In this document: positions 37,636 through 49,743 of the stretch, piece after piece
Position numbering within the stretch: position 1 is the stretch's first letter
How the letters are laid out: each line of letters begins with the position of its first letter
DNA from: Eledone cirrhosa
Lineage: Eukaryota
DNA: 64,000 nucleotides
Direction: 5' to 3'
NCBI GenBank assembly: GCA_964016885.1
Contig: OZ024766.1
Location: 9,424,001 to 9,488,000 of the forward strand
Notes under the pieces: generated by a model
Told to the model about the DNA's origin: nothing
Seen by the model: the letters and a program-made list of their open reading frames with translations, nothing else
Databases searched by the model: none
Made by a program: the position numbers and the translations under genes

Positions 37636-37706
37636 TATTTTATCTGATGAGAACGCAAGTATCGTCCCATGATGATATTTGATTTTGAAATGCGCATAAT
37701 AAAATA
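37636..37706 (+). ncRNA. Type-I hammerhead ribozyme (diverged copy of 37149)
   Basis: TATTTTAT-CTGATGA-...-GAA-ATGCGCAT-A^ATAAAATA; 8-bp stem I. Confidence 0.68.
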
Positions 37707-38111
37707 CATGGAACTCTTTTAACCATCTTTTGATCTGATATTATATATATATGTGTATATATCATCATCATCATCGTTTAATGTCTATCTTCTACGCTAG
37801 CATGGGTTTGGGCGGGAATTGTGCCACTTGAGGCAAGATTGGTTGTCTCGCTTGTATAGGACTGTCTGGCGGGTTTTCTATGGCGGGATGCTCTTCCTAA
37901 CACCAACCACGTTTACAGTGTGGACTGGGAGGTTTTTACCGTGTTACCTACATATATATATTTGTTTGTTATGTGTGTGTGTATATATATATATATATAT
38001 GTATGTGTGTATGTATATATATATGTATGTATATATATATATGTATATATATATATATGTCTGTATATATGTATGTGTGTATATATGTGTGTGTGTGTGT
38101 GTGTGTGTATG

Positions 38112-38142
<31 letters not shown>

Positions 38143-38549
38143 TTGTATATGTATATATATATATATCTGTCTGTAACTAAATAATCGAAAAAAAAAAAAA
38201 AAAAATCAGACAGATTTTATTATTGATTTATTGATTTTTTGTGTAAAACTGTTTGAAATGTCCTTTTTAAAAAAAAACAACAAAAACAAAAAAATGGCAT
38301 GCATGAATGTCACAACACATTTACACTCACTCTCATAATATTTTCATATAAATATGGCTGTGTGCCTGCGTAACCAATTGTTGTTGTTGTTGATATTATT
38401 ATCTCTGTGGAGGTTGATAAAAATGGTACCTGTGATACATTGGAGTTGATGAATTCATCGGCTTTCCCCATCCTTTCAAAATTGTTGCCCTTGTCCCTAA
38501 ATCAGAAACTATTTGAAGGTCAATTTTGCCTTTCATGCCTGTACTCGTT

Positions 38550-39420
38550 TGTGAAGGCACATGGCTTAGTGGTTAGAGCATTGGGCTTGCAATCGAAAGG
38601 TTGTGAGTTCAATTCTCAGACCGGGTGATGTGTTGTTTCCTTGAGCAAGACACTTTATTTCACATTGCTCCAGTTAACTCAGCTGTAGAAATGAGATGAT
38701 AGGGACTGGGGTCCCTATCATTCCACTGTAAAGTGGACGTGGAGGTGCCACGGCAAAAAAAAAGCACCCAGCACTCACTGTAAAGTGGTCGTGGAGGTGC
38801 TCTCCCTAATATTACATCAAGGTTGACTATACGGAATGACCAGTTCTATCCAGTGGTGAACCAACAAACCTAAATATATATATGGAGGCACATGGCTTAG
38901 TGGTTAGAGCATTGGGCTTGCAATCGAAAGGTTGTGAGTTCAATTCTCAGACCGGGTGATGTGTTGTTTCCTTGAGCAAGACACTTTATTTCACATTGCT
39001 CCAGTTTACTCAGCTGTAGAAATGATATGATAGGACTGTGTGTGTGACAGCTCACACCTATACAGGTTTAGCTGGCCTCCAAGGTATATCTTGTTGGAGA
39101 TGTCTTGGGTAACTTAATGATATGGACCCCAGTCCTATCATCTCATTTCTACAGCTGAGTAAACTGGAGCAACGTGAAATAAAGTGTCTTGCTCAAGGAA
39201 ACAACACATCACCCAGTCCAAGAATTGAATTCACAACCTTTTGATTGCAAGCCCAATGCTCTAACCACTAGGCCATGCGCCTTCACTTTTACTCAGCTGT
39301 AGAAATGAGATGATAAGACTGGGGGTCCCTATCATTAAATTACCCAAGACAACCTCCAACTAGATATACCTTGGAGGAGGCCAGCTAAACCTGCGTAGGT
39401 GTGAGCTGCCACGCACAAAC
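38550..39420. mobile_element. Cluster of CORE-type SINE copies in both orientations
   Basis: Heads at 38553 (+), 38883 (+) and ~39283 (-); inverted tail segments at 39035-39135 and 39315-39420. Confidence 0.8.
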
Positions 39421-39474
39421 TCTTTTACCTGCTCCAGCCATCTGCAGTTTTAAGTACCAGTAATGTACATCAAT

Positions 39475-40045
39475 TATCAAGTCAAGAGTACTCAAACTGT
39501 ACGGTCATATAAAAAGAACAACTCATGGTGTGAGTAGGTTAAGGTTGGCTGGTAAGAGAAGCTGAGGCTGGCAGCCAAAACTATGGCTTGATAATGTCAA
39601 CCTAGACTTGATCTCTGCTGTTGGTGATCAAAAGGTATTATATATTCCTGGAAGGAAGGTTGGCTGGTAAGAGAAGCTGAGGCCGGCAGCCAAAACTATG
39701 GCTTGATAATGTCAACCTATGTCAACCTAGACTTGATCTCTGCTGTTGGTGATCAAAAGGTATTATATATTCCTGGAAGGAAGGTTGGCTGGTAAGAGAA
39801 GCAGAGGCCGGCAGCCAAAACAATAGCTTGATAATGTCAACCTATGCACTAGACTTGATCTTTGCTCTTTAAACTCTGCTGTTGGTGATCAAAAGGTATT
39901 ATATATTCCTAGAAGGAAGGTCGGCTGGTAAGAGAAGCAGAGGCCGGCAGCCAAAACAATGGTTTGATAATGTCAACTTATGGACTGGACTTGATCTTTG
40001 CTCTTTAAACTCTGCTGTTGGTGATCGAACTTTGTGGAGTCATGG
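39475..40045 (+). mobile_element. RTE LINE 3' fragment with ~120-140-bp internal tandem repeats
   Basis: Translation KSRVLKLYGHIKRT...EGR.AGKRSRGRQPKQWFDNV. Confidence 0.7.
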
Positions 40046-40249
40046 CTGATCTAGTATTTATATAAAACAATGAAGACACATTTCAGAAAGCAATATACTT
40101 TATTTCCCGTCAATAGATTGGAGGAAAACATTGTCTTTAATACAATTTTCTCTTATTCTTTTGAAAAATAAAATTTTACTTTTCCATCAATAGTATTTTA
40201 AAATCTGAAATATAGATTTCCTTTTTCATTTTTCTTCCCGAATATTTAA

Positions 40250-40685
40250 CCCTTTCAATACCAAATAACTCCTGGTTCTATGATACAAAACTGTTTGTTT
40301 TAAAGTGTTTATATTTATCTTAAAACCTTCCATCATAATTTTATCTAAAAACCTTTGTTGAGTTATGTTCCAAACACTCCTGGTTCTATGATACAAAACT
40401 GTTTGTTTTAAAGTGTTTATATTTATCTAAAAACCTTCCATCGTAATTTTATCTAAAAACCTTTGTTGAGTTATGTTCCAAACACCCCTGGTTCTATGAT
40501 ATAAAACTTTATTTTAAAGTGTTTATATTTATCTAAAAACCTTCCATCATAATTTCATGTAAGCACCTTTGTTAAGTTATGTTCCAAACACCCTTTAAAG
40601 TGTTTATATTTAAAAACTTTCTATCATAATTTCATTTAAGAACCTTTGTTAAGTTATGTTCCTAGAAATTTGGTAACGAAAGGGG
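40250..40685. mobile_element. piggyBac-like MITE with internal ~105-bp tandem repeats
   Basis: TTAA|CCCTTTCAATACCAAA ... TTTGGTAACGAAAGGGG|TTAA: TTAA target duplication and CCCTTT-type terminal inverted repeats. Confidence 0.75.
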
Positions 40686-40929
40686 TTAAAGTATTGTTGG
40701 GCTGGGGTGTAGATGAATGTATGAGGGTGGCTGGGATAGATGTATGAATATAGAGAATTAAATTACACACACACACACATGTGTATACAGACACACAGGA
40801 CAAACCATCTAATTAAAAACTATTTAAAATGGAAAAAAAAGAGAAATTAAAAAAAAATTTTAACTTAAATACACCCCCTCCACCCTAAACCTAGTCTTTG
40901 TTTTTTTTTTCGGAGCCCGAGGGGGAGGG

Positions 40930-41089
40930 GAGTAGGGTCTTTTAAATTTTATTGAAAGATTTTTTTTTTTAATTTTTAAAAATTTATTTTAACCCCCCCC
41001 ACACCATCCCATCCACCGCTCCACAAGATTTAGTGGTTCGGTAGAATGTTGTTGCGTCATTATAATCCCTGGGGCTTCTACCAGCACAA
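40930..41089 (-). other. GTF2A2: Probable non-coding terminal (3'-UTR) exon of GTF2A2
   Basis: Strong minus-strand acceptor ttttttcttcatttcag| at 41090; AATAAA on the minus strand at 40983-40988 and 40948-40953; matching donor 3 nt after the stop. Lower boundary approximate. Confidence 0.55.
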
Positions 41090-41434
41090 CTGAAATGAAG
41101 AAAAAAATATATATATATATATCGTAACTATAATAAAGGGAGGAATGTCCCAAATATATTTTTTTATCCTGCTAGTAAAATAAGTTAGATAACTTTGAAT
41201 AAATAATGAATATTACATGATTTATCTACTAAATTTCGTAGCTGATAATTAAACATAAATATTCTCATATATAATAATTGCTTATTTGAATATTCACTTC
41301 TTTTAAAATTTTCAAATGTCTACACTTCCAGTTAGCATCCGTTATATTATAACACTTATTACATGGCTTATATAAACATCCATATATTGTATCGTTGTAT
41401 AAGGTTTAATTACATTTCACTGTAATGCAGTTTC

Positions 41435-42165
41435 ATCATTCATTTCACGTCTGCTTTTTCCCTGCTTGCAAGGGTGGGACGGGAACCGATTCTGGCTTGA
41501 TTTCTACAGCTGGATGCCCTTCCTAACACCAACCTCATTTACAGTGAGTGCTGGGTGCTTTTTTGCCGTGGCACCTCCACGACCACTTTACAGTGGAATG
41601 ATAGGGACCCCAGTCCCTATCATTTCATTTCTACAGCTGAGTAAACTGGAGCAATGTGAAATAAAGTGTCTTGCTCAAGGAAACAACACATCACCCGGTC
41701 TGAGAATTGAACGCACAACCTTTCGATTGCAAGGCCAATGCTCTAACCACTAAGCCATATGCCTCCATGTGCAATTTATATATAATATTGTCTTTTTTAA
41801 TGTATCATGGATTACTTTACTGATTGGAGGCACATAGCTTAGTGGTTAGAGCATTGGCCTTGCAATCGAAAGGTTGTGAGTTCAATTCTCAAACCGGGTG
41901 ATGTGTTGTTTCCTTGAGCAAGACACTTTATTTCACATTGCTCCAGTTTACTCAGCTGTAGAAATGAGATGATAGGGACTGGGGTCCCTGTCATACCACT
42001 GTAAAGTGGTCGTGGAGGTGCCACGACAAAAAAGCACCCAGCACTCACTGTAAATGAGGTTGGTGTTAGGAAGGGCATCCAGCTGTAGACATCAAGCCAG
42101 GATCAGTTCCCGTCCCACCCTTGCAAGCAGGGAAAAGTGGACGTAAAATGATGATGATGATGATG
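41435..42165. mobile_element. Head-to-head inverted pair of full-length CORE-type SINEs
   Basis: Minus copy ~41435-41767 and plus copy 41826-42165, ~58-bp spacer. Confidence 0.9.
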
Positions 42166-42427
42166 ATTACATGAGACAGTGTAACACAGTCTTTATTCAA
42201 TTTCTATGTATTATATATTGTCAATTACGATTTTATTTGATGTATCATATCTACATGTATATATATATTTGCATATAATATCAATATACACACTACACAT
42301 GCTAGCAGAAAGCCACCCGTGGGGGTGGTTTTTCTGCTAGTATATATAACAAAGAAAGAGTGGTAAGATATACCAGGTTGACCATAATGCACCAGAGTAC
42401 TTGATACTTAGGGTAGTAGAGTGGGTA

Positions 42428-42555
42428 ATAGGAAAAGAGTCAGGACCCCGACGACTGAGTTCTGGCCATTTCAACAGCCAGATCTGAACTAGGTTTGGGT
42501 CTAGCTGTCGAAACAGCCGGAGCTCAGCCGTCGGGGGTCCTTACTCTTTTCCTAT
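42428..42555. mobile_element. ~128-bp fold-back MITE-like hairpin
   Basis: ATAGGAAAAGAGTCAGGACCCCGACG... pairs with ...CGTCGGGGGTCCTTACTCTTTTCCTAT; pairing continues through the centre. Confidence 0.7.
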
Positions 42556-42571
42556 ATAATAATATATATTT

Positions 42572-42620
42572 GTTTCAGAAGATCCAGTTAAGGGTGAAAG
42601 CAGCGATTCTTTGCTTAAAC
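42572..42620 (+). ncRNA. Hammerhead-like fold with CAGAAGA core (copy 2 of 3)
   Basis: GTTT-CAGAAGA-TCCAgttaaGGGT-GAA-AGCA gcgattctt TGCT-T^AAAC. Confidence 0.55.
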
Positions 42621-42756
42621 TTTAATCTGTTATTTTAATATATATAGAAGCCAGAATCAGTTCCCGCCCCACCCTTGCAAGCAGGGAAAAAGCGGACGTA
42701 AAATGAAATGATGATGATGGTAGAAAAAGAGTGAAAGAAAGAAGATAACCAACCTT

Positions 42757-42900
42757 CTATTTCTGAGGCTCCCCTTTGCCATCACATGCGACAATCTTCA
42801 CTTTTTCAACTTTAGCAATTTCTTGGACATCTCGGAACTCCACATTCTCCAAGACAAACGTCCAGACATTGTCACAGAAGCGGTACGTGTTCAAATGTCC
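42757..42900 (-). CDS. GTF2A2: TFIIA gamma, coding exon 3 ([23 protein letters not shown]...[15 protein letters not shown])
   Basis: Invariant TFIIA-gamma motif [10 protein letters not shown]...KVKIVACD; acceptor ctccag|; stop TAG at 42759-42757. Confidence 0.97.
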   Translation of the reverse strand, partial: GHLNTYRFCDNVWTFVLENVEFRDVQEIAKVEKVKIVACDGKGEPQK

Positions 42901-42992
42901 CTGGAGGTGATAAAGAAAGAAAAGAAAAAATATGGAACTTATATCAACATCATTATCAGCTAGAGAATAAATACCAAAATCTCGTAGATTCG

Positions 42993-43499
42993 ATATTATG
43001 TGAGGTAAAGCCTTTACTGTGAAAATACAATAGTATATATAGAGTAATGTAAATGTTATGCGAGATATTATGTGAGGTAAAGCCTGTACTGTGAAAATAC
43101 AATAGTATATATAGAGTAATGTAAATGTTATGTGAGATATTATGTGAGGTAAAGCCTTTACTGTGACAATACAATAGTATATATAGAGTAATGTAAATGT
43201 TATGCGAGATATTATGTGAGGTAAAGCCTTTACTGTGACAATACAATAGTATATATAGAGTAATGTAAATGTTATGTGAGATATTATGTGAGGTAAAGCC
43301 TTTACTGTGAAAATACAATAGTATATATAGAGTAATGTAAATGTTATGTGAGATATTATGTAAGGTAAAGTCTTTACTGTGACAATACAATAGTATATAT
43401 AGAGTAATGTAAATGTTATGTGAGATATTATGTAAGGTAAAGCCTTTACTGTGAAAATATAATAGTATATATAGAGTAATGTAAATGCTAAAGGGTTAA
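42993..43499 (-). repeat. 72-bp minisatellite (~7 copies), same unit as 12592-14495, with a TTAA|CCCTTTAGCATT end
   Basis: Reverse complement of the array in GABPB intron 3. Confidence 0.92.
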
Positions 43500-43756
43500 A
43501 CCCAGTTTCTCTCCCAGTTCATCCAAGCTCTGCTTTTCTCTCACATTTACATTGCACAGCCAATGAAGTATGGTTGCTTCATTTCTCTCCAGTATATGCA
43601 TGTCTTCTGCACTCACAGCCCACGTTTCATTACCATGCAGCCTTGCACTTCACTCAAGCATCATATATATAAATAAAAACACCTAGACCCATCCAACCCT
43701 TGCTAGCAGGGAAAGCAGACGTTAAATGATGACGATGATGATGATGATATACATAC

Positions 43757-43861
43757 CTTAAATGAGACTCTGTTTCGTACACGACTTGCTAGGGCTGCAT
43801 TGATGGCCCTATCAAACTGTAACAGCACCTTAAGGGCAAGTTGTGGGGTTATTTGTCCACA
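43757..43861 (-). CDS. GTF2A2: TFIIA gamma, coding exon 2 ([35 protein letters not shown])
   Basis: Acceptor tttttacag|, donor AAG|GTATGT, 105 nt; matches human [32 protein letters not shown]. Confidence 0.97.
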
Positions 43862-44154
43862 CTGTAAAAAGAGGAAACACATATAACATTATATTCACGA
43901 TCACCATCATATTTCACACACACACACATATATATATATATAATTGTTTCTACTATTGGCACAAGGCCAGAAAATTACCCAGTGCATTACTGGTACTTTA
44001 TTTTATCGACCCCGTAAGGATGAAAGGCAAAGTCAACCTCGGCGGGATATATATATAATGCGATGAAATACCAATGATGGTTGGCAAATCACTGACGAGG
44101 GACTAATTTTATATGTAACCCATGTGCAACCACGCAGTATTCCACTTTCTTCTC

Positions 44155-44202
<48 letters not shown>

Positions 44203-44243
44203 TTAATAAATGTGAAGACTAAAATACAAATGTTTTTAGTTTA

Positions 44244-44292
44244 GTTTCAGAAGATCCTGTTAAGGGTGAAAGCAGCGATTCTTTGCTTAAAC
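44244..44292 (+). ncRNA. Hammerhead-like fold with CAGAAGA core (copy 3 of 3)
   Basis: GTTT-CAGAAGA-TCCTgttaaGGGT-GAA-AGCA gcgattctt TGCT-T^AAAC. Confidence 0.58.
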
Positions 44293-44369
44293 ATTAATCT
44301 GTTATTTAATATATATATATATATATATATACATACACACACACATCTATATACATAAATATGCGTGTC

Positions 44370-44408
<39 letters not shown>

Positions 44409-44563
44409 TATCCCCCCAAAAATGTATACACTTCAACAGCCTGTACGGGTGATCAAAGTGTGTAAACATTTTTTAGGGACACCGTGTGTATATATATAGC
44501 TTACACATACATATTTACATAGATTATATACATCAGAATCATTTTACGGACACATACGCATTT

Positions 44564-44616
<53 letters not shown>

Positions 44617-44810
44617 GTATATATATATACATATATATAATTGAATATAAAATTGAATATATATATATGTGTATATATATCTATACATATATATATATGT
44701 GTATATATATATATATATTTATATATACATATATTAACACACGTGTTTTATAGATATGCACGTGTATTTATACGCATATAAATAATCATATATTTACATG
44801 CGTGTGTATG

Positions 44811-44858
<48 letters not shown>

Positions 44859-44955
44859 TATATATATAACAAAATCCAGCAAAAAGGGGTAAAGACAAAC
44901 ACAGAACCCCCTAAAAATATAAAAACAAGGTGCCCCCTATATAGCTATAAAGACA

Positions 44956-44998
<43 letters not shown>

Positions 44999-45011
44999 TG
45001 TATATACTGAC

Positions 45012-45083
45012 CTGAATAAATTCATCCAGACTTTCTTGTAAAGTGTTTCCAATGGTTGTATTGCGATATAATTGGTAACTCAT
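45012..45083 (-). CDS. GTF2A2: TFIIA gamma, coding exon 1 ([24 protein letters not shown])
   Basis: Matches human [24 protein letters not shown]; donor CAG|GTCAGT. Confidence 0.97.
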
Positions 45084-45480
45084 GGTTCTTTTAGTGTGTA
45101 TATATATACATATATATAAAAATATATCTATGTATGTAAATATATATATATATATGTGTGTGTATGTATATTTATGTAAATATGTTATCCTCTCATATAT
45201 ATATTTCGGTGTAGATGTCTGGGACTTCGAAGTCCCTGTCACACGTTTCTACTTAGAAATATTTACATATATATAAATATATATATGTATATATATGTTA
45301 TATGTGTGTATATATATATATATATATGTGTGTATATATATATATCAATATATATATTTCTACACTCTACCACAAGTATTGAGTGCTTTGTCAGTTAATG
45401 TTTAATATATTACGTTATATTAAACACACATTATTATATATATATATATACATATATATAGATAGATGTATATATATATG

Positions 45481-45515
<35 letters not shown>

Positions 45516-45816
45516 GTATATATATATATATACAGATGTAATGTGAATGCCTGTAAATACAAACGATGGCAAAACAAAACAGAGAGAGAGAAAGAGACTG
45601 ATAGAGAGTAAGTTAATAGGAGAGGGGGAAAAGAGAAACAGTATAAGAGGAGAGAGAGAAAAAAGAGGAAGATATATTAAAAGAATAAAGGGAGAAAGAG
45701 AGTGACAGAGAGTGGAAAGTGTAAAAGAGTTAAAGAAAGAGATAGATAAATAAAAGGAGGGAGGGAGAGAAGGAAAGACTAGAAGCAAGAAGAAAGAGAG
45801 GGAAAGAAGTGTAATT

Positions 45817-45830
45817 GACCAATCGGAAAC
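45817..45830. promoter_or_regulatory. Candidate CCAAT (NF-Y) box with adjacent CGGAA in a unique island upstream of GTF2A2
   Basis: GACCAATCGGAAAC fits RRCCAATSRG; lies in non-repetitive, CpG-containing sequence ~730 bp upstream of the ATG. Confidence 0.35.
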
Positions 45831-46899
45831 GGCGTTATAAATTAACCAACGGTGTTACCATTACAAGCGGTGTTTCTAAAGGGCAGATAACGCTGGACAG
45901 GCATTTAATGAGACATTACATAATTAACTCCCCTTGAAAATGTGTATATGGGGGGAAGGGTAGTGTAGTGGGCAGTCATTATAATTTGTGTGGGTGTACG
46001 TTGGTGTATAGTAGTCCCTTCTATGTATGTGTGTGTATATATGTATGTTTGTATGGATGTGTATATGTTTGTATGTATGTATGTGTATATATGTATGTGT
46101 GTGTATATATGTATGTTTGTATGTATAGGTTTCTTGGTGAGGAGGGTGACTTTGGACATCCTGCAGGACTAAAACAAAACCTGTCAAAGGGCAAAGGAGC
46201 TCTTAAGAGTCAATGGCCATCCAAAATCACCGGGAGAGATGACCCCTTAGCCTTTGTCAAGGCAGAATTCTAGGAGAAGGAAAACTCTGATATAACACCT
46301 GCAACCCTGATGATATCCAATGATGTTGACTTGTTCTTCTTTTTGGTAAATATCATCTTGGTTAAGAGAGTGGGACTGGCTTTGTGCAGTGCCTTTGTTC
46401 ACTATAAAAGCTTCACGGCACAGGCATTGCTTTATATCTGGAGATCTCTCTGCACTTGTCGTCACATTGTACCATGGGTCCAGCACTATGTGTCAATAAT
46501 TGTCACAAGTGTAGTGTTTGTACCAGAGTTTTCATGTCGCTGGCTGGACTAAAATGTCACACTTGTTCAGCGCATCGGTAGGGGTTCTCCTACATGGATA
46601 TAAAGTAGTGGCCGTACTCGAAAACGAGTTGGCAGCCACCATGTATGTATGTATGTATCAATAAATGTATGTATGTATGTGTCAATAATTGTCACAAGTG
46701 TAGTGTTTGTACCAGAGTTCTCAAGTCACTGGCTGGACTAAAAAGTCACACTCGTTCCGCGCATCGGTAAGGGTTCTCCTACATGGATATAAAGTAGTGG
46801 CCGTACTCGAAAACGAGTTGGCAGCCACCATATATGTTTGTATGTGTAACAAAATAACAAAACACACACACACGCGCACACAACACAACAACATCAACT

Positions 46900-47430
46900 G
46901 CCACCCCCACCACCACAGCAACCTTGACAGTGAAATCTCACTTAGGATTAGGAAAGCAAGTGATGCTTTCGGAAAGCTAGAAAGGCGACTCTGGGGTCGG
47001 CGAGACATATGCAAGAGGACAAAGGTAAAGGTGTACAAGTCATGTGTGCTCTCTTGTCTTCTTTATGCCTGCGAGACCTGGGTCACATATCGACACCACA
47101 CTAAGCAATTGGACCGTTTCCATCAGATGTGTCTCAGACGGATCCATGACATTCACTGGAGGGACCACATCAGTGATGTCGAGATTTTGGAAAGCTCTAT
47201 GTGTGACAGTATAGAAGCTCTTGTGCTTAAGGAACGACTGCGTTGGAGTGGTCACCTTGCCATGATGAAGGATTCTAGAATACCAAAACAACTCTTTTAT
47301 GGGTTAAAGTAAAACGACCGCCACATAAACCAAAAAAGAGGTATAAGGATTCCTTGAAAGCCTCTTTGAAAGACGCTAACATCTCTGCTGATACATGGGA
47401 AAATATTGCTGCTGATCGTAATAAATGGTT
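46900..47430 (+). mobile_element. RTE-clade LINE ORF fragment
   Basis: LDSEISLRIRKASDAFGKLERRLW...TKVKVYKSCVLSCLLYACETW...LRWSGHLAMMKDSRIPKQLFYG. Confidence 0.9.
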
Positions 47431-47535
47431 AATAAAGAAAGCATTGTTGTCGTCGTTATTATTATTGTTATTATTATTATTATTATTGTTATTAATGTAT
47501 ATGTGGGTATGTATATATATGTGTGTGTATATATA

Positions 47536-47578
<43 letters not shown>

Positions 47579-48663
47579 TTTTTATTTTATTTTATTTTTT
47601 TATTTATTTATTATTTTTTTTTCTCCTCGTGCAATGGCCATACTCGATAACGAGGGGGCAGCCATCATGTGTGTGTATGTATATATGTTTGTATGTGTGT
47701 GCGTATATATGTTTGTATGTATGTGTATATGTATGCACGTACGTATGGATGTATATGCGTGTATGTATATGTTTCTGTATGTGTGTATATATAGATATGC
47801 ATATATACATATGTATATATACCCTAACCCTTACTAAAGCCCTAACTATAAACCCTAAACTTCAAACTAAATTTAACTTTGATCCTAACTCAAACCCTAA
47901 ACCCTATTTCTAACCGTTAGCCATAATTTGAACCCTATTCCTAACATTAACCCCTTCTCTAAACCTTAATCCTAACCACAGTTAGGATATTTCATTAAAA
48001 ATGTGGTAATAAAAGGGTTAAAGTGTTTAGATTTATCTAAATTTATTTTAATTTATCTAAGTGTTTAGATTTATTCCAAACACCCCTGGTTCTATGATAC
48101 AAAACTGTTTGTTTTAAAGTGTTTATATTTATCTAAAAACCTTCCATCATTATTTTATGTAAGAACCTTTCTTAAGTTGCGTTCCAAACACTCCTGGTTC
48201 TATGATACAAAACTGTTTTAAAGTTTTTATATTTATCTAAAACCCTTCCATCATAATTTATGTAAGAACCTTGGTTAAGTTATGTTCCGAACACCCCTGG
48301 TTCTATGATAGAAAACTGTTTGTTTTAAAGTGTTTATATTATCTAAAAACCTTCCATCATTATTTTATGTAAGAACCTGTGTTAAGTTATGTTCGAAACA
48401 CCAGCTTAAAGTGTTTATATTTATCTAAAAACCTTCCATCATAATTTTATGTAAGAACCTGTGTTAAGTTATGTTCCAAACACCAGCTTAAAGTGTATAT
48501 ATTTATCTAAAAACCTTCCATCATAATTTTATGTAAGAACATGCTTTAAGTTATGTTCCACCAACTTAATAATGAGAAAAAAACCCCCCTGAAATAACAA
48601 AGCAAACAACACAGTACAATGAAGAAATATATTAGTTTTATGCTTGATACAGTAGGCAAAGAG

Positions 48664-48699
48664 TCTTAACGTTTCAGAGACTAGTCCTTCATCAGAAAA
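48664..48699 (-). ncRNA. Minimal type-I hammerhead ribozyme (24483 family)
   Basis: Minus strand TTTT-CTGATGA-AGGactagtcTCT-GAA-ACGT-T^AAGA. Confidence 0.6.
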
Positions 48700-49572
48700 T
48701 AGAATGAGAAATTAAAGAAGAAAGAGAAACGTTATGTGATAATAATTGTTTCTACTTTTGGCACAAGGCCGGCAATTAACCCAGTGTATTACTGGTACTT
48801 TATTCTATCGACCCCGTAAAGATGAACGGTAAAGTTAACCTCGGCAGGATTTGAGCTCTGAACGTAAAGGGCTACAACTTTATGTTGCATGATTTCTACT
48901 ATAGGCACAAGGCCAGCAATTTTTTTTGGAGGGGGGGGGGGGTCGATTAAATCGACATCAGTACGTTACTGGTACTTTATTTAGCGACCCCGTAAGAACG
49001 AAAGGCGAAGCTAATTCCTAGAGATATAAAAAAAAGACCGACCTAACTTTGGTGGGATTTGAACTTAAACCACAAGATAATAATGGTTTCTGATTTAGGC
49101 ACAAGGCCGACAATTTTTTTTTTTTTTTGAGTAGGAGTTAATTAAATCGACCCAACTGCATTACTGGTACTTTATTTAGCGACCCCGTAAGAACGAGAGG
49201 CGAAGATAATTCCTAGAGACATAGAAAAAAAAGACGAAGCTAACCTCGGCGGGATTTGAGCTTAAGCCACAAGATAATAATTGTTTCTACTTTGGGCACA
49301 AGGCCAGCAAATACACAGTACATTACTGGTACTTTATTTTATCGACCCCGTAAGGAAGAAAGGCAAAGTTAACCTCGACGGGATTTGAACTCAGACTATA
49401 AATGTAAAGAGATGTAACTATGCCTAGAAAGCCTGGCGTCCAACCCTCTACCGATACAGCCAAATAATATTAACAGCAATAATTATAATAACAACAACAG
49501 TATTAAAACTAATAATTTCTGAGCGAATACGAAAGTCCGGCTTGTCTGAGTTATTCAGCTTTACACGCCAAA

Positions 49573-49743
49573 ATGGCGGACGGGATGAGGGCTTCGGAGA
49601 GACAAACTCTGGGACAATTCGCCAAATCGCAGACGAAATACGGAACTGCCAGTATCCCAGTTAGATGGAACTCAAATTTTGTCAAACACAGAGTAGTGTC
49701 TACAGATTCTTTGGTTGGCATCGCCCTTAAATATGGTGTATCG
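49573..49743 (+). CDS. LYSMD2: LysM-domain protein (LYSMD1/2-like), first coding exon A: N-terminus plus first half of LysM
   Basis: ...TKYGTAS...FVKHRVVSTDSLVGIALKYGVS| resembles LYSMD1/2 RSYGS...HRV..GDTLQG.ALKYGVT|. Donor TCG|GTGAGT. The ATG sits in a YY1-like CAAAATGGCGG. Paralogue assignment (1 vs 2) is not resolvable. Confidence 0.88.

Noticed and set aside
44092-44130. CTGACGA-GGG...CCC hammerhead-like start
   Set aside because: No GAAA after the stem and no stem I/III partner; at best a decayed copy.
47820-47980. Interstitial telomere-like CCCTAA repeats
   Set aside because: Short and highly degenerate; commonly part of transposon-derived sequence, with no evidence of a fusion site.
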